A stretch of 33,218 nucleotides of DNA, from the NCBI GenBank assembly GCA_044892505.1, contig CM097882.1:309286783-309320000 (forward strand). The letters run 5' to 3'. Both the position numbers and the translations under genes were made by a program. This document shows positions 10,511 through 21,241 of the stretch, one piece after another (the first letter of the stretch is position 1; every line of letters begins with the position of its first letter). The stretch comes from Schmidtea nova. Its lineage: Eukaryota. The notes under the pieces were generated by a model. That model was not told the origin of the DNA and did no database searches. It saw nothing but the letters and a program-made list of their open reading frames with translations.

Positions 10511-11339
10511 ATCATAATCCGGATTAAAAAGAGAAACACATGAAGAAAGTATTGAATTGCACACCAGAGAATAGTTAAAAAGAAATTTTAGAGAATCATG
10601 TGATTGAGAGGTAACTGATTACATATCGCCAAAGTAAATTATGGAGAACCGCGGAATAAAGTAAATTGGAGTGAGTGAGTAAATTAATCAAAGATAGGAA
10701 GATAAAGTGAATTAAAACTAGTAAATAGAATAGATTAAAGTAAACGAATAAAGTGAGATAGAGAATAGAGTAGAATAAAATAGGAGAATAAAGTGAATTA
10801 AAGTCCACTGAAGCCAAGTAGATAAAGTAAATTAAAGCAAGACGAATAAAACAGAATGGAATAGAGAAATAAAGTGATTTGAAGCGATTAGACAAATGAG
10901 GAGATTAAGGCTAATAGGCCAATGAGTAAAATAATGTAATAAAACAGAGTTTAAGGAAAATAAGGCGTATTATAAGTAGGAGAGAATCTTGAGTAACTGA
11001 GAGAAAAATGGGAAACCCCAAACGATAATTGGTTAAAAGGGTAAGAAACCCAATAGAGCGGAATTACGCTAAAATAAACGGGGGGTGTGAGGAAAATATT
11101 AATTGGTGTTATCGTATAATTATAGATAATTGATGTGACTATATAGATAATTGTTACTAGTGAATAGATAATTTAAATAGACTAAAAATCAAGTGAAATG
11201 GGATATGGGAAAATTTAAAGGAAACCGTAAAGACCCGTAAAGCTTAAACACGAACGAAAAGAATTGTTGAAGTGATTTAATTGTAATTTAGATTCCAAAG
11301 AAATCCAATCAACAACCAACAAAGAGAAAAAGGACAAAT

Positions 11340-12515
11340 CAGGACAAGAAAGGATTAAGTCATATATAAAACAGGAACCATTGAGAAATCATACTTCCTG
11401 AGACACTGTACAAGGGTTGACATAGATTTAACAGCAGAAAAAGCGGAGAAAATCAAGAGAAATCGATCGTTGTCGTTAAGACAACCGCTAAAACCTATTG
11501 AAAAGCAATTGTCGGATATTAGTGACCGAAATCAAAACCAAAAGAGAGTAAAAGAAGGACCAAAGCAAAAAGAACAAAGACAGAGAACGACGAAATAGAT
11601 TATCACCCCAGTAGAAACAAAATCGGATAACGAAGAAATAGATATCACCCCAGCAGAAAACAAAGAGACAGAAAGAATAGAAAACGTAGAAACCCCGGAA
11701 GTGGATATAGATAATAATAATAAATCAACAAGAGATAGCGGATTTGAAAACATGACGGAAGTAGAAGTTGAAAAGGAAGAATTGAGGGAGAAGTTCAGAG
11801 GCGAACCATTTAGTGGTGACGCTAGTTAATTGGACGCATTTATAAAGGAATTTAGTATATATACATAAGGGTATGCCGATGGACAGATACCACGGTAGTG
11901 GAAAGAATATCGTTGTATTTAAAGGATAGCGCTCTCGACTTATACGAAGAAGCAAGAAGCAGAGAAAAAGCACCCAAGAATTGGGAAGACGTAAAAGTAT
12001 TTTTGCAGGAAACGTTTGGAATGGCTAAGGTACTAGACCAAGCATTCGACGACTTTTCAGAGAGAAAACAGAAGAGAAACGAATCCAACGCGGTATTCGC
12101 CAGTGAATTAAGAAGGTTAGCTAAAATAGCAGAAGGCGGAAGTGTAATAAGTGAAGGATTGTTAACCGCTAAATTCGTACGAGGATTGAGGAGACCAGAT
12201 ATACGAGCACAGGTAGGATGCAAGGGGTGCGTCAACCTAGACAAGGCGTTAGAACTAGCAAACAGATTTGAATTACATATGACAGTCAATGACACCAGAA
12301 TCGCCGTAGCAGCAAGCGAGGTAAAGGAAGACAAACAGGTGGAATACACAACATTGAAACAATCTATACCGAACGCACATTTATTATTCAAAGGAGCACC
12401 AGACGGGAGAAACAATGACAACAATGAGCAAAATAATAACTGGAGGAACAGTGCGAGAAACAATGGGAATAATAATGTAGGATCAAATCGACAATGTCAG
12501 CTATTAATTACATAA
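11340..12515 (+). pseudogene. Retrotransposon Gag (capsid) remnant
   Basis: GEPFSGDAS*LDAFIKEF, then ISLYLKDSALDLYE...WEDVKVFLQETFG...KQKRNES..VFASELRRLA...FVRGL...LDKALELA. Confidence 0.8.
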
Positions 12516-12708
12516 ATCCTTTACTTTTAAAAAAGATCTCTAAATTGCGATATTATAAAGGCAATGATCATAAATACTAATTATTAAATGCAAAATAAGT
12601 TCATTTAATTACTCTCGAGATAATTAACATAAATTTATACTAAAATTAAAATCATATACAAATTATAAACCACAAAAAAGTTAATAATATAATTTCAGAA
12701 ATAAAATA

Positions 12709-12995
12709 TTAAAAAATGTTTCGCTGCTTAAATAAATCATTTATTATATTTTCTAAATATTCGTTGGTTCCTTTTAAACCATCAACAACTTTTTTGGACC
12801 ATCTAAAATATTCAACAACACGATTTTCATCCCAGCCGATAGGTGTATCACGATTTAAGTCTCGAAGATTGTAAATTTTGTCAGCTAATTTCACTAATTT
12901 GGCTTGGTGACTCTTGAAAGGAGAATTTGAAATTTGCGCAGCTTTCCTCTCATCCCGAGATAGACTTTTGTCATCAGTTACTTCTCTAACCATAT
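12709..12995 (-). CDS. HDDC3: Last exon of an HD-domain (p)ppGpp/NADPH phosphatase MESH1
   Basis: [10 protein letters not shown]...[47 protein letters not shown] closely matches the HDDC3 C-terminus. It is preceded by a TTTTAG acceptor; I could not locate upstream exons. Confidence 0.9.
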
Positions 12996-14689
12996 CTAAA
13001 AATTTAATTAAGAATTAATAACTTTTAAAGATCAAAGTATTGTTGGGCTGGTAGAAGTGAAATTAAAATTGTATTTTAAAGTGTCAAAAAATACACACCA
13101 AAATAACATAGTTCAAAATTTATAATACTAAATAAAGCATAGTACAAACATGAAATATTATGCATACGAACCGTATTTCATAAGTCAGGGATAAAACGAT
13201 AAAAAAAGAAACATTTCAAAAGAGAGCACACAATTTGATTGCAAGTCGAATTTACATACGAAGAACTGCATGAGAATTGAATGCGGAAGATAATTGCTAC
13301 TATATTAAACTTAAAAAGGCATTATCGAAGAAAAACTTAGTATCAAAATAAAGAAAATTTTTTAAAAATTATAGTAGAAATCCCCATTGAAATAAAGTAA
13401 AATTCAGAGATAAAAAAGAAGATAGAATTAAATTAAATTTGAGTGTTTTAACCGATCAATAAATGTGCAGTAACAACTAATACGACGCCACGATGGGGAC
13501 ACACATCGTTTTAGCAAATTAAATAGAATTAGTAAGAAAATAAATTAAATGAATTAAAATTTAATCTTATCGAGTAAATTGTAAATAAATCATTTATCAA
13601 GTAACAATGCAGTTAAAATCTAATTATTCATAATTTTGATGAAAGGATACGTATGCGTATCAAAAATTAATATCAATAGACGCTGAAAATCATAACTTAA
13701 CAATCTAAATTTACGTTGCCTAACTAACATTTATAAAAATTTCTAATTACTCACTACCAGCCAGAGTCAGCATCCATTCAGTTCTATGCACTAACGTAAA
13801 ATTAAAGAATTTTAAAGATTGGTCTCTGTTTTTATTTCATTCACCCCAAGTCGGATCGGGTGTTAGTTTAATCGATCAGCGACCTCTAAAACGAATATTA
13901 TCACCAATCGTGGTCATCAAAATATTTGATTTCCAAACAAACAAAATTAATCATTCCATTTGACTATTAGGTGTTACCATGCCAAAACACTAATGGTTTT
14001 TTGTGTGTATATCCCAAACATACTATTGACTTTAATCATGTTACTACGAATCGACCTGACACGTTTATTTATCAATAAAGTTATCCATAATTCAATAGTA
14101 TTTAACTCCTATATTTGCTGGATCTGAGCAGCAATTCATGTCTCTTTGTAATAAGTTTTGAATTTACAGTGTAATTAAATCAAAAAAACATATCAACATT
14201 TATTTAGCGAATTAAGAGGGGGAATCTGTGTAATTTTAATTAAAATTATACAAAATTCTTATTAACTTAAAAAAAATATATTCAAATTTTCGTCGAGGTC
14301 ATAGCAACGGCAATAACATAGTAATTCAAGCAATTTCAGGTCCTCAAGATTCCTTTAGTAAATGAGTATAATCTGTTAACATTTTGTATTTTATATTAAG
14401 GGTTATATTTCTACCTTTCCCTTATTAATTGAATTAAACTAATTATAAATAAAAGAAAATCTATATACACTGTAGTGCCTCGGATAATAAATATTTATTA
14501 TAATATTTAATTATTTATTAAAATAAAATAACTTGTTTTAATAGCAAGTTATTTTGGAGAAGGAGATTTTCAAAATGCAACAAAATGAAGAAGAATTTGT
14601 ATTTTAATAAATATATATTTTACCTAATTATTGTAGCTTTTCCAATAACGCTACATACACAATTTTATAAGCGAGGATCCAAAAATAAG

Positions 14690-16930
14690 GAATGCTGGTG
14701 TATGGCGGAGATGAGTTTATTTGGTCTTACACTAGGGTAAACTCCACCAACATAAAAAATATATCCCCCACAATGATGCCCGTGAGGCGTCCCTAGCTAT
14801 ATCTCACGTTGGTACTGCATCAACCGGTGTATGTCAAGAGGGCAGGTGAGCAATCGAGATGATTACTATTCCCTCTTTCACATACTGGGTTCACTGGTCG
14901 GAAGAATACCTTTATCTGGCGTACACCTTGGCCCTTTAAATAATTTAAATTGAACAACCTTAACAAACAAAACCACTCTGATTCATACTTAATAGTTAAT
15001 TAAAATCAAACACAAAACTCAATTACAAATAATACATTTACAAATAATACATTTATTTATATGAACACAGTCGGATTTATCAGTTCGATCAATTGATTTT
15101 CATTCAACCCACACAGTAGGTCAACTTGAGTGCCTAATTTCTCTGCGAAAGCTCAGTGTTCACGTCTACTCTTTGCTACCATCCTGTTCTTGCGCTTTTA
15201 CTTCTGAATTCCGGTAGGCGACGGATATTTTGCGAGCGCTGGCGTTAACGTTGCAATTTCGACTGCTGTAGAGGAATCCGTCTAAGTTGCCTTTGTAGAG
15301 GGCAGTTGTGCTACCCATTTCTCCAAGGTGATGGGCCGTATTTGGTCTTGTAGATGCCGTGATACAAAATCTGTGGTGGTGGAACTGAGACAACGGTTTA
15401 TCTCGAGCTTGGTAGCTGATAATTCGGTTGTTTGATCGCTCAATGCCTGATTCAATTTGTCAATTCTTCACATTACCATTTTCATGCTGGACAACGTGAA
15501 CCAAATTTGATGCATTTCTTTATTTATACGAGTCTGTTGTGCGATTTTTCTTTTTAACGATTGATTCTCATTCTTTAGCTTACGGATCACCTGATGGGCT
15601 TTATTTATTTCTTTTGTTTCTTTACTCATTAAAAGAAAATTCCTATCATTTACCTCAGAGAAATATGTCTACGCTGGGTTCTGTACTTTTATGATTTTTT
15701 TACCCTCGGGCTTAGCTGTTGACTTTGACTACGTGAAACAACGGGACCTTCTATTTTATCACTGAAAAATTCGAGTTCTACGCTATGTTTTTCATTAGTA
15801 CCAATCGTACCCTAAATCTGTATTCTCAAGTACTAGTACAGTTCGTGAACGGAACTTATATAATCGAGCTATTTTCTCTCTCAATCAAACTCATCATTAC
15901 GTAGTAATAAAATAAAATATCAATAGCACAAACGAAACTAATGCTAATACACTATTAATTTGCCCAAACAACAATAAAAAAACTGTCGTTAGCGAGATTA
16001 TCCTTCCGTGATAAAATTTTGGATGTTGTCACCCGACTGCAGTCGAATTCCTTCAATTGAGTAGACCTTTGGATCATGCCTCCAACACAAGAGGGATTGG
16101 TAGGCAAATATCTCACAAATCTGTATGCTAGAGCTCCATGTGGATTCCTGCCGCCATGTTTCATCAAACCGGAAAGAGGTTTTTGAATTGTAGTCTCTCA
16201 CCGGCGCGGACGTTTCAAGGAGTGTACAATAGGATCATTTTGAGTGCGTTCAATTTTTAGACTGGAATCTCTCGAAAACTCATCATCTAACGTGGTAACT
16301 GATTCTGATCCCGGAACAAAATGAACCGATTTTGGGTGGCTCCTGGATCGTCGAGAATTGAACGTGAATATGGCCAGATGGGACATCCTTCCCACCAGAT
16401 TTCCTCCACCTGTTGTGACTTTCATAGGCCGAAAGGGGCTAGGCGTTTGAATTCCCTGCGACATTTTCACATATGGCTATTTAGTTCTCGGCTAACCGAT
16501 TCGGGGATCGGTTTGAGGCCCACGAGTAAGAGGATTTATTCGACCGTTATGATAGTATTGTATCCTGTCCTCAGTTGAATTTGGCCTTTGCTTTTTTGGG
16601 CTTTTGATCATCTTCATTGACACTAAATTTAATTTTAAACAAACGAAAAATTATATCGAATCACTTCTACTCGTCTCTCAGTTGGAATCTAAATGTATGC
16701 TGGGTTGTTGACCGTGAATATGACCTTGAAGTTGCAGTGCCTCCTATCAACAACTCAACACATAAAACATTAGCTTAACCATCTTGTTGCTCTTCACAAT
16801 GTAACGTTGGTAACGAAACAAATGGGTGGATGCCCGCAAACAGTGAGCGTCGAAAAAATCGAAACTATGATTGACCGAACGTCACAATGGGTTCAATGGC
16901 TACCGGTAGAAGGTCTAATGCCTGTTTGAT
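14690..16930 (-). mobile_element. Unknown-ORF cassette, copy 1 (Z'-X-Y-Z), decayed
   Basis: Z' ~16690-16925, X ~15960-16570, Y ~15110-15520 and Z ~14700-14930, each homologous to a segment of 19430-21241. Confidence 0.6.
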
Positions 16931-17094
16931 TCTTTTATTCAACGATTAATATATAAGCATTCAATAGGATTTTAATCGGCAATTCAGAATAAGCATCCAC
17001 ATTTATTAACATCAAATTAAACTGTCACCCATATATCAGGAGGATTTAAGTGGGTAATACTTTATCTTAACCAAGATTTCAATAGATAATCATA

Positions 17095-17568
17095 AATTAT
17101 GAAGAAAAACAAAACGTTTATCTGGCGCACAATACAAAAAGCAGCGTTTAAATAAACTAAAATCAATGCAGAGTTTGAAGAATTCGCTTTCAAAATATTT
17201 TGAAAATACACCAACAGCGTCGTCAAGCACACCTATAGAAATAGAAAATAATGTTACCATATCTGTTGACGATAAACTAAACACTAAATGACTTTGACAA
17301 CTTGTCAAAGTTATTTAGTGTAATAGTATTTGTCAATGACAAGCCAAGACATATATAAAAATTAATGGAGTGCGTTCAATGATACTACACAAACTGTGTG
17401 CGTTCAGTAACAAAATAGTCGAAACTTTTTTTTTATTTTACAAAATGAAAAAATGAATTTTACAAAATGAAATTGTTGTTTTTGCAAATGCATTTTTTTA
17501 ATTTGCCGCCTTTCAAACGGCCGCCTGCGTGCCACGCACGCGTTGCACGCCCGCTTGGAGCGCCCCTG
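17095..17568 (+). mobile_element. Internally deleted hAT-like DNA transposon remnant with right TIR
   Basis: KRLSGAQYKKQR...SLKNSLSKYF resembles hAT transposase N-termini. The GC-rich end reads CAGGGGCGCTCC... on the - strand. No left TIR found. Confidence 0.55.
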
Positions 17569-17887
17569 TATGGGTGGATGTTGATCTTGTAAGGTTAAGT
17601 TAAGTCTTGACTAGTTTCTTAAATGTAAAAATTTGTATATTGGATGCTAATGAGTGAAGAGATTATAAAGGGGATGTCTAAACAATTTTTCTTAGACGTG
17701 GTAGTTCACGAAGTCGGTGTTATTGATTGTAATCATCAATTCTTCTTCGAGCAGGCATGAATATAAATTTATGTAAGTTTTCTGGATGTACTATGGTGTT
17801 AATGGGCAATACGATGTATCTAATTTGTAACAATAGGTAGATGGATTTTTTAAAATAAATTTTCTAAGTGTTGTATAAAAATACAGG

Positions 17888-18042
17888 GGATGTTATAAGC
17901 TGCAAGGAATTTATGATATAGGATGTTGTAGTCTGCAAGTAGGCTAATCGATGCATTAGGGTATTGTCAGTTGCAAGAAATTTATGTTATTGGATGTTGT
18001 GATGTGCAAGGACTTCTAATATGGGATGTTGCGATTTGCAAG
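17888..18042. repeat. Five imperfect ~33-bp repeats with core GGATGTTG-N5-TGCAAG
   Basis: Cores start at 17888, 17921, 17959, 17992 and 18024. Confidence 0.8.
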
Positions 18043-18899
18043 GTGGTAATTATATATACTTCTATGGATTAAATAATCAGTTTTCAGTGTGATAATTTGA
18101 TGATGTAATGTTGCTGAATGAAACGGTTAACTAAATGATGACTGGTTGCGCCCGCTTAATAAATTACTTAAAAAATAATTAAATAAAAATTAAATAGTTA
18201 AAGGTGGGGCTTGATTTTGTGTAAAAGATTATGGGGCGAGCCTGGAAGTTTGAAGCCGTTAAAATTGTTGTATCGAAATCTGTGTAAATCTTATATACTT
18301 ATATGCTTAAATGTAAATTGCTTTCCAGATGTTGCAATTTTGTCGGGAGAGGGCTTGTTTGCCGAGAGGTAATTCCTCATGAACCGTCGCGAAATTTTCA
18401 TGTGGTCATACCAAAACTACCGAGGAAATCTTCAATGATTATAGAAAAGAGTTCTGAAAAATGGTGGGAAATCTCTATCAATTTTCGAAATTGATACACG
18501 ACTTTGAGACAGATCTGAGCATTCTAATTGATAATTTAAATGAAAGTAACAATAATATAAATTTCGAAAATTCTTTTCTAAAAGTGGAAGATATTATTCG
18601 CGATTGATTTACAATTTAAATCTTTAAAAAATTAATTTTGATTTAGAATTTAAATCTTTAAAAATTATTGTTGGAATTAAGTTTAATTTTTGGTAATAGT
18701 TGTTTTGTAAAATAATAGAAAAAATTAGATTTGGTAATTATTAAAGTAAAATTAAAAAATTTAAGTGTTGTTTAAATAATATTGGAAAATCGGGGAATGT
18801 GTTTTAAATTTTGATTTGTAATTTAGAATGTTTTAAAATTTGATTTGTAGTTTTGGAGGAGAAAATAAATCGATAGAAATTGGAGTTTTGTTAAAACAT

Positions 18900-21241
18900 G
18901 GACAGTTTTGTTTGACTATATTATAATTTTGTTTCGCTTTGTTCTCTTTTTACACACTTGAACTAGTGGTATGCTTTTTTTCTTATCCACTTCTCCCTAC
19001 TTCTTAATCCTCCCCCTGGTTTCACAAAAATGCCGCCCCGCCATTACGATATAGTTGTGATTTCTGTTTTTCTTTTTGACTCCGTCTGTTACCATAGTTT
19101 CCATCTTTTCTCCAATATCATTTTCCTGCTGAGGGTGTACTTCAACACTTTCTCGTTATTGTTTTTACTTTTTTCGATAGAACCACTTAAATCCGAATAG
19201 TTAAAGTAGTATTATGCTTCGTTATTTATCCAAATTCTCTCGGCGGCTTCCAAAAATGTCGCCCCGACATTCCAAATCTCTCCGGTTGATATCATGCGGT
19301 CACTATTAAATGAAATTCATTTTTTCCGAAGTGAGTCAATCTAATCCCGGCTGAGCTCCCAAATTTATGTTAGTATGTGCTGTGAAAACTCAAAACCCAA
19401 ATTTACTTACTGATTTTCTAAGCTCACTGAAATACACTTCCTTGCTCTCTAGGGTCCAACACACACATAAAAGCTTTACTGTGTATACACCCGTGAATTA
19501 CTCTACTCATTCACGTTGGTAATGTGCATAACAGCCGATCGCAAATCAGCAGGTGAGCTCCTACACAAGAACTAATCCTGACTTGTCGCATCGTTCGGGT
19601 TCTAGCTTGACCGATAGAAGGTCTCATTCATACTCTCCCTCGCCCATCGCTAGTCACTCTTTCGGGTGTTCACTGGCCATTTCTTATTTCGTCCCTCCTC
19701 TGCACTGAATTGCAAGTTTATATTTTAATACACCTCTTTTTAACATTTATTGGTTTTTATTCCCTACCTTTTATAGATACTATATATTTATTTATATATT
19801 TATTTATTTATAAGAGAATCTTATTCAGGAAAACAACACGGAATTACAATACATATATTCGTCCTTATCATATTACAATTATAATACACCAAGATTTCTG
19901 AGTCTTTCACGAATTTGGTCAGTTGTCCATCCCGATAGTTTCTTTATTCGCTTCGATTTCCAACTTCAGCTTCATCTGGTGGCGTTGTTGCGCATGCGAT
20001 TTCCGTCTTTTTCTTTTTGCGGCTGGGCTGTCGTCGTTGCCTCGATAACTGTATTCTCCGATTTATCCGGCGTGGAAAACCATTTCTCTAGCGTTATTGG
20101 GCGAATCAAATCCCTCAAATTTTAGGCTCTAAATCTTTTGGTTATGATCGATTGGCAATTCGCCAATTCTATTTTCAACGTGTCCACTTCACTCTTCTGA
20201 TCTTATATCACTTGCGTAGCACTCAGCAACTTATCATTTACCGGCTTCATTTCGGCAGGGGAAAAATAACTGTTGTCGATGTCGATAATTCTACTTTTCA
20301 GCTGTCCTGATGTCTTTTAGTTGATGGCCATAGTTTCCTATGCGAAGAAAGAAATTCTAACGACATGATTCTATTTAACGGTAATAAAAATGATCTTTAG
20401 GCTACTTCTATTCGGCTCTCATAAAAGTTATTCTACTTTTTATCAACCACCTTCCGTGACTTTGCTCGGTCATCCATTCCTTGGGCAGACCCGCATAACC
20501 TGTTTCCGCTTCTTAGATACTACGCTTTACTTTATTTACTATTTTATAAAAACTAAACCTATTCATACTTATTTTATATTACAATCTCTGTTATTTACTG
20601 TTTTTCGAATTAAGTTATTCATGTTTATGGTGTACTACCAATTACTACATTTATTTATGTTACATATCTAGGTTCAATACTCAAATTATCCATAATAACA
20701 AAATAAACAACTAAACATATAATTTGGCGAATTACACAAAATAACATTTGAAATTAGTCATCCTCGATAATTTCCACATCACTGTAGTTTCCATCTGATT
20801 CGCTCAACGTCGAGGGGCTGAACGGAGAGTCGGTAGGGCTTGGCGTTGGTGCGGGAGCGAACACGAATCGTCCCGTGCCCAGAAATTCTTCCCTTTGTAA
20901 TATATTTGGAATCTTCCTTGAATCTCAGTGGGAGTTTCCACAAAATACTTCGCTGGATTGGGCCAGTAAGCGCGATCCACATCGATCGGCGACTCCTTAC
21001 TGCCATGCCAGATAATCTCGGAAGGGCTATCCCTGAATAAACTAAAAGGAGGAACGGCCCCCGTTCTCTCGAATTCCTCTCGATGTTCGGCAAAACTTTC
21101 TCTGGCTAACTCTGTAGGGATCTCTTTGATGGGCATAGATATAATCAGATGATTATCGTGGACACTGGGGTTAGTGGTAGACGTATGGGTGAACGACGAC
21201 TCCACCCTCACTCCTCGGACTTGTAAACCAGTATAGAACAT
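18900..21241 (-). mobile_element. Unknown-ORF cassette, copy 2 (X-Y-Z plus a basic ORF), decayed
   Basis: X 20804-21241, Y ~19900-20340, Z ~19430-19690 and a further broken ORF ~18950-19300 (MISTGEIWNVGATFLEAAERIW...). The ORFs are separated by AT-rich spacers. Confidence 0.6.

Larger units (their letters stand above)
9170..12515 (+). mobile_element. Gypsy-like LTR retrotransposon 5' remnant (long purine-rich leader plus gag), truncated
   Basis: A/G-skewed + strand, promoter-like tandem repeats and a gag-like ORF. No pol seen; boundaries uncertain. Confidence 0.55.

Noticed and set aside
11852-12463. 203-aa - strand ORF (also 6751..6981, 8048..8239, 5137..5361)
   Set aside because: Antisense shadows of gag or PolB.
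13865-13920. Box C/D snoRNA (TGATGA...CTGA on -)
   Set aside because: Too short, with no terminal stem or recognisable guide.
14700-16930. + strand reading of module Z (HVG...WVxW) or a conserved splice donor GTGAGC
   Set aside because: Two copies share an in-frame TGA and the differences are non-synonymous on +, whereas they are synonymous on -. Disfavoured rather than excluded.
17888-18042. CRISPR-like array
   Set aside because: Degenerate 19-nt cores, 13-19 nt related spacers, eukaryotic context and no cas genes.
18232-18610. Small spliced + strand gene with a 45-bp intron at 18284-18328
   Set aside because: The splice signals are plausible, but no frame gives a long or recognisable product.
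19160-19230. Env-like transmembrane segment after ORF Z
   Set aside because: The hydrophobic reading is in a shifted, stop-containing frame; the better frame is hydrophilic.
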